Below are positions 6,315 through 14,623 of a stretch of DNA of 20,000 nucleotides, piece after piece. The notes under the pieces are model-generated. The model did not search any database. It was not told the DNA's origin and saw only the letters and a list, made by a program, of their open reading frames with translations. The first letter of the stretch is position 1. The number at the start of each line of letters is the position of its first letter. A program made the position numbers and the translations under genes. This stretch comes from an uncultured virus (IMG/VR IMGVR_UViG_3300044640_001869) (Duplodnaviria > Heunggongvirae > Uroviricota > Caudoviricetes). Location of the stretch: IMG/VR virus record IMGVR_UViG_3300044640_001869, positions 106,191-126,190 of that record, one strand, 5' to 3'.

Positions 6315-6431
6315 ATCATCGCTATGATAATATTTAGTACTATCAATCCTTTCCCAAATATCTAATTTATCATTATACTGAACATAAAATGTTTCATCAG
6401 AATATTTTGTTTTAACTAAATTAGTTTCCAT
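6291..6431 (-). CDS. Small hypothetical protein (46 aa, METNLVKTKYSDETFYVQYNDKLDIWERIDSTKYYHSDDLIFIRDV)
   Basis: Manually translated; starts 6 nt after the stop of 6438..6770. Confidence 0.6.
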   Translation of the reverse strand: METNLVKTKYSDETFYVQYNDKLDIWERIDSTKYYHSDDLIFIRDV

Positions 6432-6437
6432 ACTGTA

Positions 6438-6770
6438 TTAAATAAAACCGTTATGTGACCCCTTTCTTAATTCATCGGCCAATATGGTTATAGTATCTTT
6501 TACTATTGGGTGATTCTTATATGGTTTACCGAATACTAATAAAGTTCTTAATATCCCTCGATTAGTTTCGTTGGTATATTTCATCAGGTATTGGTTATAT
6601 TTAGTCATTACCTCATCGGATGGTGTTCCTGATTTCTCCCCCGTGAATGGTTCGAGATATTTTGATGCTCCTAATATTTCTATACAGTCTTCTGTTATAT
6701 CGTGGAAAACTTTCATATTATCGTTAGTTTCCTTGGAGAACATTGTCTTGTATTCGTATTCTTCTCTCAT
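6438..6770 (-). CDS. Hypothetical protein
   Basis: 110-aa ORF in an operon. Confidence 0.8.
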   Translation of the reverse strand: MREEYEYKTMFSKETNDNMKVFHDITEDCIEILGASKYLEPFTGEKSGTPSDEVMTKYNQYLMKYTNETNRGILRTLLVFGKPYKNHPIVKDTITILADELRKGSHNGFI

Positions 6771-6771
6771 C

Positions 6772-6963
6772 TTATTTTGAATTATTAATGATTAGTTCGT
6801 CAATTTCTTGAGCAGTTTGTGTTACCTTGAATCCACCATTGTTGTGTGTTGTAATACCAACAATTGTTACTTTATCAGAACTATTATAATAATGTCCGAT
6901 TTGGTTAATATTCATTCTAATTTCGTTACCCGCAACTGTTGTTAATTTTATAAACCCTTTCAT
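6772..6963 (-). CDS. Small hypothetical protein, possibly FlbD/SwrD-like fold
   Basis: FIKLT...I.[M/L]N...I...V.Q...EI..LI pattern; first gene after a TATATTTG promoter. Confidence 0.7.
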   Translation of the reverse strand: MKGFIKLTTVAGNEIRMNINQIGHYYNSSDKVTIVGITTHNNGGFKVTQTAQEIDELIINNSK

Positions 6964-6989
6964 ATATCCTTCTGTTTTTTAGTGTAGAA

Positions 6990-7026
6990 CAAATATAATA
7001 AAAAAAGGGATAACTTTCATTACCCC
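6990..7026 (-). promoter_or_regulatory. Terminator (GGGGTAA/TTATCCC + T7) fused to a TATATTTG promoter
   Basis: Hairpin 7007-7026, T-run 7000-7006, TAnnTTTG at 6990-6997; near-identical to 16686-16724. Confidence 0.75.
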
Positions 7027-7066
7027 ACGTTAATAGTTTTAAAATAATCGGCAATTGACTTTGATA

Positions 7067-7549
7067 CTACCATATACTCAGGACCTCTACGTAATGGTTG
7101 TAGATTATCATATCATCTAACAGTCCTGAGTGTTTCCATTTTCTGTTAATATCATCCATATCAGAATAAGAGATTGGTTTTTTCTCTGATAGTTCGGGGA
7201 TGTGTTTATAGAACCATTTAGTAAATATTGATTCTATTTTGGTATTATCAAATTGCATAACCCCTTTATAGAAATAGTTCCATATATAATCATCAACCGT
7301 TACAATATCTTGGTTATCTTCATAAATAAGGAATATATTCTTTTTTAAGTAATAGGTCCACGCTTTTTTAACATAACCACTAACATCCATTGGAACTAGG
7401 TTATCAATTAAGTAATCAAGATAAGATTCAGGATTATCAATATATGCTTGTCTGATAATATCTTTATTATTCCCGAATAAATTTATGGCTTTAGGTAGAC
7501 CGTGAGTGTTAACGGTTTCTCTTACTTTATCTATTTGTTGTTGGTTCAT
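7067..7549 (-). CDS. Hypothetical protein
   Basis: 160-aa ORF translationally coupled to the upstream gene. Confidence 0.85.
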   Translation of the reverse strand: MNQQQIDKVRETVNTHGLPKAINLFGNNKDIIRQAYIDNPESYLDYLIDNLVPMDVSGYVKKAWTYYLKKNIFLIYEDNQDIVTVDDYIWNYFYKGVMQFDNTKIESIFTKWFYKHIPELSEKKPISYSDMDDINRKWKHSGLLDDMIIYNHYVEVLSIW

Positions 7550-7731
7550 TATGGTAGATATGTTAAGGTATAATAAATCCCCATTGCAAATGAGTTAGAT
7601 ATTGCGATTACTAATAACATTAACCACAGTTTTGGGTCTTGGTCAAATATATCGTAGTTACCATATAGTTTTTTAAACCTCATCAATCCGAAGATTGAGT
7701 ATAATGTTGAAAGTATTGTTATTGTTATCAT
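7549..7731 (-). CDS. Small membrane protein (two hydrophobic segments)
   Basis: 60 aa, overlapping start/stop codons with its neighbours. Confidence 0.75.
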   Translation of the reverse strand: MITITILSTLYSIFGLMRFKKLYGNYDIFDQDPKLWLMLLVIAISNSFAMGIYYTLTYLP

Positions 7732-7967
7732 TGTTTTTTATTTAGTTGTATTAATAATAAATCCACCCCTCTGATTGCACGTTCTGCAGCATCTTCAGGT
7801 GAGTAACCATTTGTGATTAGTCCTGACATTATTTGTGTTGCCATATATTCTCTTTTGGTCATACCTTTATTAGGATAACCTGAACCTGTATGTAATGGGA
7901 ATGCTAGTTGTTTCCCCACTTCCATTGCTTGTTCTTTGTTTAAGTTGTTTGCGTCTTCCTGTGTCAT
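7728..7967 (-). CDS. Conserved phage hypothetical protein (AFP...GMTKREY.A...M.GL family)
   Basis: Motif typical of a widespread small phage protein family. Confidence 0.8.
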   Translation of the reverse strand: MTQEDANNLNKEQAMEVGKQLAFPLHTGSGYPNKGMTKREYMATQIMSGLITNGYSPEDAAERAIRGVDLLLIQLNKKQ

Positions 7968-8024
7968 AATTTCAGATGTATTTATTACTCTCGTTTATAT
8001 TATAGGGGTAAGATTTACCCTCGT

Positions 8025-9347
8025 TTAATTTAATGTTTCTTCCACCTCATCTTCGCAGTCATCTAATAGGGACCACGTTGAGTCTACCTTACAATTTAGG
8101 GTATCTTCTACCCTCAAGAAGCGTGTGTTTCTTCCACAAAAAGTTGAATCTACCTTACAATTTAGGGTATCTTCTACCCTTAAAGGAAGCGATGATTGAA
8201 TATATGATGTTGAGAGTACCTTACAATTTAGGGTCTCTTCCACCTGTGTTCTATGTTTTCCGTTAAACCAATTTACCTCATCAACCTTACAATTGAGGAC
8301 CTCTTCCACCAAAATTTCATCGTTTTGAAAAACCCCAAGTGTTGAATCTACCTTAAAATTTAGTGTATCTTCTACCACACCACGATTTTCATTTTCATCA
8401 AAATAAATTGAATCAACCTTACAATTTAGGGTCTCTTCCACAAGTAATTCATTCCCATCTTTGTACCATTGGGCTCTGTTTACTTTACAATTTAGGGTAT
8501 CTTCCACATCCCTCGGAATAAATTTATTAATACTTACTGTTTTTACTACATTAAAATTTAGGGTCTCTTCCACCTCATCTTCGGTTAATTCTCTACCCGC
8601 CCATGTTGAGACTACCTTACAATTTAGGGTATCTTCCACCCCCTGGGCAGAATCTCCGTAACCCATTCCCGTTGTGTCTACCTTACAATTTAGGGTATCT
8701 TCCACATCCCTCGGAATAAATTTATTAATACTTACTGTTTTTACTACATTAAAATTTAGGGTGTCTTCTACCCCAGAACGCTCCAAATCGAGAAGATACT
8801 GCGTTGAGAGTACCTTACAATTTAGGGTGTCTTGCACCCAGGGGTTAATTGTTCCAACCACTCCTTGAGTTGAGTCTACCTTACAATTTAGGGTGTCATC
8901 CACCGGAATTGGTAAATATGAATCTCTGGAAACTGTTGAGTCTACCTTACAATTTAGGGTCTCTTCCACCTCAAAACGAGGGGCATTCCCATATCTAAAA
9001 GTTGAGTCTACCTTACAATTTAGGGTGTCTTGCACCGCGGTATTTTCATCTAAGTTGTGTAATTCAGTTCTACCTACCTTAGCATTTAGTTTATTTTCCA
9101 CCCATTCAGAGATTAATTCCTGAAACACCTCACTAGTCATTGCTAGCAAACTTGTAATCTTTTTGAAGTAATCATATCTCCACCACAGGTAATTGGTTTC
9201 AATTTTATATTCAAGGAACCAATATTTTCTTTCTCGGTTAACAAACCAAATCCCTTTTGTGTTTGGGTTATATATAATCTCACATTGATTGAGTTCTTTC
9301 TCAATACGTTTATAAAACCCCTCTTTATATTTTTCGGTATAATTCAT
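8025..9347 (-). CDS. Tandem-repeat protein: 82-aa N-terminal domain + 16 x 22-aa units (VEDTLNCKVDST + 10 variable aa) + terminal VEETLN
   Basis: 440-aa ORF with no stop codon in any variable segment; repeat variation is largely synonymous or conservative. Confidence 0.85.
   Translation of the reverse strand: MNYTEKYKEGFYKRIEKELNQCEIIYNPNTKGIWFVNRERKYWFLEYKIETNYLWWRYDYFKKITSLLAMTSEVFQELISEWVENKLNAKVGRTELHNLDENTAVQDTLNCKVDSTFRYGNAPRFEVEETLNCKVDSTVSRDSYLPIPVDDTLNCKVDSTQGVVGTINPWVQDTLNCKVLSTQYLLDLERSGVEDTLNFNVVKTVSINKFIPRDVEDTLNCKVDTTGMGYGDSAQGVEDTLNCKVVSTWAGRELTEDEVEETLNFNVVKTVSINKFIPRDVEDTLNCKVNRAQWYKDGNELLVEETLNCKVDSIYFDENENRGVVEDTLNFKVDSTLGVFQNDEILVEEVLNCKVDEVNWFNGKHRTQVEETLNCKVLSTSYIQSSLPLRVEDTLNCKVDSTFCGRNTRFLRVEDTLNCKVDSTWSLLDDCEDEVEETLN
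8028..9101. repeat. 66-bp-period repeat-spacer array (CRISPR-like architecture) within a CDS
   Basis: Plus-strand consensus GTTGAGTCTACCTTACAATTTAGGGTATCTTCCAC at 8077, 8143, 8209 ... 9067, exactly every 66 bp, separated by 31-nt mostly unique spacers. Confidence 0.95.
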
Positions 9348-9613
9348 AATCCGTTAGTGATTTTCACATTTAATAATTCTACATTAAACTCATTAACTAA
9401 TGATAGTAAAACCTCATCAGTCTTAGCCAATTTCGATAATTTACCCCAAGTTGTTTTGGAGAATTCTTTACCGAATTTCCCCAATATATTATTCGGTGAC
9501 CCGAAAGATTTATCAGGATAGTTAGTCATTACGTATAATTCAATTTTATCTTCTATGTCTCCAAGTTTCATAGCTTGTCCGTAATTCAATACCATTCCTT
9601 TGGTCATACTCAT
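9344..9613 (-). CDS. Hypothetical protein
   Basis: 89 aa, ATGA-coupled to both neighbours. Confidence 0.8.
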   Translation of the reverse strand: MSMTKGMVLNYGQAMKLGDIEDKIELYVMTNYPDKSFGSPNNILGKFGKEFSKTTWGKLSKLAKTDEVLLSLVNEFNVELLNVKITNGL

Positions 9614-9831
9614 AATAGTTTTTTAAATGATTCTACAATATAACAAAAAAACATAATAAACACAAATACAAATGACGTGATTATTGCAAATGGTGGTATG
9701 AACAATATAATCTTAACTATTTTATTTAAATCACCGTCACCCCAATCATCCATTAAGGAATTAAACACTACTGTATTAGCAAGTAACACTGATAAGAACG
9801 CCAAAATAATTGAGATAATAATCATAACCAT
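9610..9831 (-). CDS. Small membrane protein (two TM segments)
   Basis: Track TTG start at 9852 lies inside the promoter; ATG at 9831 is more likely. Confidence 0.75.
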   Translation of the reverse strand: MVMIIISIILAFLSVLLANTVVFNSLMDDWGDGDLNKIVKIILFIPPFAIITSFVFVFIMFFCYIVESFKKLL

Positions 9832-9849
9832 AGTTTTTATTTGTTTCTT

Positions 9850-9887
9850 CAAATATAATAAAAAAACCCCAACTTATCATTGGGGTT
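9850..9887 (-). promoter_or_regulatory. Terminator (CCCCA/TGGGG + T7) fused to a TATATTTG promoter
   Basis: Hairpin 9865-9887, TAnnTTTG 9850-9857; repeat of 12393-12433 and 15115-15153. Confidence 0.8.
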
Positions 9888-9892
9888 GTTAA

Positions 9893-11191
9893 TTATTTCT
9901 TTCTTGTTGGTATAAGACATAATTCATCAAATTCATCTTTTTGGATTTTCCAATCAAATTTATTATCTAAATAAAATGATTTATAACTAAACAAACCAAA
10001 AACTCTTTTACCAATAAGTTGTCGCTCATTTAATTTATATCCGTCACCTAATAAATTATCAAAATTAATACTACCATCATCTTGTTTGAGGTATTTTGAC
10101 AATATTGATTTTTGTTTATCATTTGAAGCAAAAAACATTTCATTAACTTCTTCTTTTGTTAAATCAATATAATTTTCTAATGGATTTCTATATCCAAAAC
10201 TCTTCAATTTACCTTGCCATTCGTCACAAGCGACCGAATATATTTCTTTTAATCCTTCTCTTGATAATTTTTGTGTTTCCATATTTTTCTCTTCTTTAAT
10301 AATTTCAGCCCATTTTCCATTTGCATATATAAATCCAAAACCTCCTTCAATACAACTACTTCCATATTTGGGGAACATATTAATTTCTTTAATGAATTTA
10401 TAAGGAACCCCATTTGAATTTAATGGAATGTATTTTGTCCCAATCGGGTAATGTTTTTTGGTGTGATATATTCTACCTTCAAGGGTTGTTAAATCAAATT
10501 CTTCTCCTTTAATAATTTCAGCCCATTTTCCATTTGCGTATATATAACCTTCCCCACCTTCTAACATCCCTTCTAACATCCCTTCAGGATGTAATCTGAT
10601 ATCATAATTAATGGACCTAATATTATGTACCCCCCAACTTTTACCTGTACTATATAATGGAATATATTTTGTTCCAATTGGATAATGTTGTCTTGCGTAA
10701 GCCAATCTTCCTTCAATGGTTGTTAAATCAAATTCTTTATCCATCTTAACTGTTAATTGAGATTCTTTTGAAAATTGTTCCCCACCATTTATATGTTGTT
10801 GTGATTCCATATAATCAATATGATTAATCATATCATCAATATGGATTTCCGTTCCGAATGGTATTTTAATGCCCCACCCTTCATCATTAATAACACCATA
10901 ATAAGGTCTATCAGAATTGAATATCCGACCACAAAAATCGGTATTATAATTTTTATTCAACCATTGAATATATTTCCCCCATTTAATTCCATCATCGCAG
11001 CTTTTAACACAGAATGATTCAGGTAGTTCGGTGATGACAACATCATCATTAAATAAACAATGGTTACCATTCTTTCCTGTAAAACACCTTTTAGGTAATC
11101 TAATGTCATAATAAACATCAATAATCTGATTATTTAAATATCTGTTATACCAAGTTGATTTATTATTTGAACTTAATATTTTAACTTTCAT
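9893..11191 (-). CDS. Mosaic multi-domain hypothetical protein with an internal duplicated domain (EFDLTT.EGR...YPIGTKYIPL...YANGKWAEIIK x2)
   Basis: Likely start MKVKIL at 11191 (ATGA overlap); duplication visible in protein and DNA. Confidence 0.85.
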   Translation of the reverse strand: MKVKILSSNNKSTWYNRYLNNQIIDVYYDIRLPKRCFTGKNGNHCLFNDDVVITELPESFCVKSCDDGIKWGKYIQWLNKNYNTDFCGRIFNSDRPYYGVINDEGWGIKIPFGTEIHIDDMINHIDYMESQQHINGGEQFSKESQLTVKMDKEFDLTTIEGRLAYARQHYPIGTKYIPLYSTGKSWGVHNIRSINYDIRLHPEGMLEGMLEGGEGYIYANGKWAEIIKGEEFDLTTLEGRIYHTKKHYPIGTKYIPLNSNGVPYKFIKEINMFPKYGSSCIEGGFGFIYANGKWAEIIKEEKNMETQKLSREGLKEIYSVACDEWQGKLKSFGYRNPLENYIDLTKEEVNEMFFASNDKQKSILSKYLKQDDGSINFDNLLGDGYKLNERQLIGKRVFGLFSYKSFYLDNKFDWKIQKDEFDELCLIPTRKK

Positions 11192-11487
11192 ATTATATTT
11201 TTTGTTAGGATTAAACAACCATCTTCATCTAATGCGGGTATAATATCACAGGAACATTCTTTTTCAGGTTCAGTACAACCATCAGGTAACCCACAAGACA
11301 TAACAACCCAAACATCCCATCCATCCAAATCATTTTTAGGAACATCACGTTCAATATCTTCGCAGTTATGTAGTGATAGTTTATATTTAACTAAATCAAA
11401 ATTTAATAACGGTCTTGTTGTCCCTAGTATAACTGTGTTAACAAACACGTAATAACCTTCTTCTTCTTTATATAAAATCCCCTTCAT
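11188..11487 (-). CDS. Hypothetical protein, paralog of 11484..11993
   Basis: Shared LSL.NC..IE, WDV..VM and PALDE.GCLIL; start MKGIL at 11487. Confidence 0.8.
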   Translation of the reverse strand: MKGILYKEEEGYYVFVNTVILGTTRPLLNFDLVKYKLSLHNCEDIERDVPKNDLDGWDVWVVMSCGLPDGCTEPEKECSCDIIPALDEDGCLILTKNII

Positions 11488-11993
11488 ATTCTTCTCAGGA
11501 TTAAACAACCATTTTCATCTAAAGCAGGCTCAGGAACTGCATAAACTTTATCACCACAAATATCCATTACAATCTCAACATCCCATTCAGTTTGTTGTAG
11601 TGATTGGATATGTGTATTATACTCGTTTCTTGAGATTGCATTGTCTAAATTAAACCCAAGTTGGAACATGAATTTTACATCCTCCTCACTAAACTTCTTA
11701 TCACTAAGAATTTCAAGTGCTTTTTTGAAACCCCATTCAGCACCATTTGCGTTACTTTTTTTAATCATTGAATTAATTGATTCATTAGTGGTTGGTCCAT
11801 CACCCAATTCACATTCAAAATCTTCATCAGCAAGTTTCCTTATTTCATCCAAATCATAACCATTCTCAATAGCTTGACAGTTTTTGAGTGATAACATTCT
11901 ACCCACCATTGTTCCTGATGTAATTCCTAACACAGTTTTGTCTTTGGAATATAATATGTAATCGTTTCCTGTCTTAACTAATTTCTCTGTCAT
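11484..11993 (-). CDS. Hypothetical phage protein (LSLKNCQAIE...WDVEIVM...LDENGCLIL family)
   Basis: 169-aa ORF, paralog of the downstream gene. Confidence 0.85.
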   Translation of the reverse strand: MTEKLVKTGNDYILYSKDKTVLGITSGTMVGRMLSLKNCQAIENGYDLDEIRKLADEDFECELGDGPTTNESINSMIKKSNANGAEWGFKKALEILSDKKFSEEDVKFMFQLGFNLDNAISRNEYNTHIQSLQQTEWDVEIVMDICGDKVYAVPEPALDENGCLILRRI

Positions 11994-11994
11994 A

Positions 11995-12375
11995 TTATTT
12001 CTTTTTAACTAATTCAATTAATTTATCAATTGATGCGGATTCGGCGTCACCCCAACTATCAAACCTATTAGGAAATTCGTGGGTGATTCTATCATCAGAT
12101 AACGTCCACTCAACTATTTTAACTTCATAATCATCTAAATAATCTTCAATAACCACCGTTAATCTATAACCCCTGAAAAATTCAAACACTTGTGAACGGA
12201 GTGGTGCGATACACGCGTTATTTTTATCACCGAATTGAGTATTAAGGTGTCCTGAGTAAATATTTATAACCCATTCATCACTTTGTTTTGTATCGTATTT
12301 ACCCATACAAGGTTCATCGAAGCCTAACTCTTTCAAAGCTAATGATTGTTCGTATGTTACAAAATGTTTTTCCAT
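11995..12375 (-). CDS. Hypothetical phage protein (FVTYEQ.LALKELGFDE family), paralog of 16274..16681
   Basis: Shared N-terminal motif and APL...V...FR. Confidence 0.85.
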   Translation of the reverse strand: MEKHFVTYEQSLALKELGFDEPCMGKYDTKQSDEWVINIYSGHLNTQFGDKNNACIAPLRSQVFEFFRGYRLTVVIEDYLDDYEVKIVEWTLSDDRITHEFPNRFDSWGDAESASIDKLIELVKKK

Positions 12376-12392
12376 ATCTCAATTTGTTTCTT

Positions 12393-12433
12393 CAAATATA
12401 ATTAAAAAACCCCAACTTTAACAGATGAGGTTT
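12393..12433 (-). promoter_or_regulatory. Terminator + TATATTTG promoter cassette
   Basis: Near-identical to 15115-15153. Confidence 0.8.
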
Positions 12434-12453
12434 CATTTCTTTTTATATTAATT

Positions 12454-13146
12454 TTACTTGATTGGGTTATGTTTATTATTAACATACGACATTTCTTTAT
12501 GCACATCATTACGGTATAACGAACTTATTTGATTTTTGTGAATTCGATTACAGATTAAGACATCATTAATTACTACAGGTAACCCATATTTTATATAAAG
12601 TTGATAATACATTTCACAATCCATCAACATAACTAAATTCTCATCAAATAAACAATCACAATCTTTTTTAAATGACAATACTGACGGTGAACTTATTGTA
12701 TTAACACCTGAAAGAATATTTTCATTCCAATGAGGTATCATATCACCAGAACATACCACACCATCGTGAGTTTGAGTACTACCGTTAACCACCCAACCAC
12801 AATTATCATTATTAAATGATTGAACAATCTTATCTAATGAGTTGTCATTTACAAAAAAATCATCTTGAAACATTATTTTAATAATGTCACCGTCAGAATT
12901 TTTAATGGCGTTATTTGTGTTATGAGGACCATTCCCTAATTTATCATTGTTTTTAATATAAATAATTTCAAATTTATCCCTATATTCATTACAAAGGACT
13001 TCAATTACGTTAGTTATACTATGGTCGGAGATTACGACATTAAAATTTCTATAACTTTGTTTATTAATACTTTCAAATAATTGAGTTAAAAACTCAACAC
13101 CTTCACCATAATATTCATAAGTTGGTATACAAATAGATATTTTCAT
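12454..13146 (-). CDS. Glycosyltransferase family 2 (GT-A fold)
   Basis: KISICIPTY start, VVISDHS, N.N.AIK...GDIIKIMFQDD (DxD-equivalent), later SPS and LMDCE motifs. Confidence 0.9.
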   Translation of the reverse strand: MKISICIPTYEYYGEGVEFLTQLFESINKQSYRNFNVVISDHSITNVIEVLCNEYRDKFEIIYIKNNDKLGNGPHNTNNAIKNSDGDIIKIMFQDDFFVNDNSLDKIVQSFNNDNCGWVVNGSTQTHDGVVCSGDMIPHWNENILSGVNTISSPSVLSFKKDCDCLFDENLVMLMDCEMYYQLYIKYGLPVVINDVLICNRIHKNQISSLYRNDVHKEMSYVNNKHNPIK

Positions 13147-13226
13147 AATTAAACATTTATTAATATATATTTTAGAATATTATTTATTTTTATATTCTTC
13201 AAACCAAACATTGAAGTTTGCCGTTC

Positions 13227-13442
13227 TTATAATTCTTCATCGTAATTAAATGTTGTCCAATTATTAATACAATCTTGTTTATCCCACCCTTGTAGGTCCA
13301 TAAAGATTGGTTCACCTTCATCAGTTCTAATAACAATCCAATCTTCACCTTCGGCTTCAATAATACTACCTGTTAAGTCATATCTTCTACCTGCGAAACC
13401 ATTACAGAAGAAGTCCTTAATTTCTTTACCGATATTACTCAT
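13227..13442 (-). CDS. Hypothetical protein
   Basis: 71-aa ORF in a coupled operon. Confidence 0.8.
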   Translation of the reverse strand: MSNIGKEIKDFFCNGFAGRRYDLTGSIIEAEGEDWIVIRTDEGEPIFMDLQGWDKQDCINNWTTFNYDEEL

Positions 13443-13662
13443 CGTTTTTTTCTATTTTAATTGTTTGATAGAACTTTGGGTTAATTGCTTTTTTTGAATA
13501 CAGGTGAGCGTTCTTCAAATATTTTGGTTTAATGAAAAAATGCTTAATCTTCAATAGAAGATTCTTCCATTTATTATCATACCAAACAGTTTCCCCATTA
13601 ATATCCGTTCTTACTATTTTGGTTATATAAGGTAACCAAACATATCCTTTTTCTTTACTCAT
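13435..13662 (-). CDS. Hypothetical protein
   Basis: 75-aa ORF, overlapping its neighbours. Confidence 0.75.
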   Translation of the reverse strand: MSKEKGYVWLPYITKIVRTDINGETVWYDNKWKNLLLKIKHFFIKPKYLKNAHLYSKKAINPKFYQTIKIEKNDE

Positions 13663-13976
13663 AGTCTTTTAGATTTATTTTTAGACCACCAACTAAATTC
13701 GGAATAATTCCACCAACCTATTGGTTTAGCATAAACAAATTGTCTTTTAAAAATATCCCATTTCCTTTTGCTCGCATTTTTTTTGGGGACCTCACCTGTT
13801 GCTGGAATGGAATAACATTCGTGATTATCACATTTCGGATAATGAGTGTGGGAATGACTTGAAATACAATGACAGTTCACACAAAACCAATTGGCTTTCA
13901 TATGTTGACCATTAGATTGAACATTAACTGTCCCACTAATTTCTAACTTACTAAATTTCCTTCCCATATTTCTCAC
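13659..13976 (-). CDS. Hypothetical Cys/His-rich protein, possible Zn-binding
   Basis: CVNC...H...C..H.C cluster. Confidence 0.75.
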   Translation of the reverse strand: MRNMGRKFSKLEISGTVNVQSNGQHMKANWFCVNCHCISSHSHTHYPKCDNHECYSIPATGEVPKKNASKRKWDIFKRQFVYAKPIGWWNYSEFSWWSKNKSKRL

Positions 13977-14148
13977 TAGCTTTTAATGCACTTGAAAGAT
14001 AATCCCAAGCACCATCATTAACTTCTTTACCATTAACAGACATTACCGTGTATGCCCATTCATTATAGTGATTTTGTTCGTGAATAACAACATTATCACC
14101 TTTATCATTTTTCAGATGTAGTTTTTTATATGATACGTGTTTACCCAT
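13951..14148 (-). CDS. Hypothetical protein
   Basis: 65-aa ORF in an operon. Confidence 0.75.
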   Translation of the reverse strand: MGKHVSYKKLHLKNDKGDNVVIHEQNHYNEWAYTVMSVNGKEVNDGAWDYLSSALKASEKYGKEI

Positions 14149-14149
14149 C

Positions 14150-14359
14150 TTATAAGTCGTTGTAATCAGTTAATGTAATACTTGTCCCGTCAACACATCT
14201 AACCTCAGCAATATCACCAAGACTTGTTGGTGTGAAGCACACAGTATAACCACCACCGATTGCCGTTGATTTTAATTGTTTCTCTTTCGCCCATTCCGAG
14301 AATTTTTTAACTTGTTCTGCGGATAAGGTGAATGTCATTTCTTTATATTCTTTATTCAT
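14150..14359 (-). CDS. Conserved small phage protein (AIGG.YT..FTPTSLG...LTDY family)
   Basis: Motif recurrent in phage hypothetical proteins. Confidence 0.8.
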   Translation of the reverse strand: MNKEYKEMTFTLSAEQVKKFSEWAKEKQLKSTAIGGGYTVCFTPTSLGDIAEVRCVDGTSITLTDYNDL

Positions 14360-14615
14360 AAATCAAATTTTCTTCTCGTTCATACCATTCCTCACCATTC
14401 TCATCTTCAAAAAAGTAGATATACTCAGCACGTCTAAACCCTACTTCAGTTACGGTTATCACATTACCTTCGCGTGTTTTAACAACGTCACCTTTGTAAT
14501 ATAATGGTAATAATACATTGTCAGGTATTAAATCTAATATCTCACCAACTTTATCGGAATTACCAAGTAGTTCCCTTAACTTTCGTTCAAAACCCATTGT
14601 ATTTTCGTTTTCCAT
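14352..14615 (-). CDS. Hypothetical protein with a C-terminal SH3/KOW-like (YorP-like) segment
   Basis: YKGDVVKT...G.V..V...Y...E..L; ATG start at 14615. Confidence 0.7.
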   Translation of the reverse strand: MENENTMGFERKLRELLGNSDKVGEILDLIPDNVLLPLYYKGDVVKTREGNVITVTEVGFRRAEYIYFFEDENGEEWYEREENLIYE

Positions 14616-14623
14616 AATATCTT

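Noticed and set aside
8004..8022. Hairpin GGGTAA/TTACCC after the repeat gene as a terminator
   Set aside because: No T-run follows on the minus strand; it may be a processing or stability hairpin but is not supportable as a terminator.
8028..9101. Calling the 66-bp array a bona fide CRISPR array
   Set aside because: Repeats are too degenerate and vary at synonymous positions, the array is one open frame fused to an upstream domain, and there is no leader or cas gene in the window. Kept only as a CRISPR-like hypothesis.
8025..9347. Diversity-generating retroelement target/template pair
   Set aside because: No reverse transcriptase in the window; the duplicated units are identical rather than differing at adenines, and spacer differences are not A-specific.
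8033..9521. Plus-strand ORFs 8033..8266, 8461..8661, 8674..8868, 8893..9123, 9285..9521
   Set aside because: Antisense shadows of the repeat protein and its neighbour, with no convincing starts.
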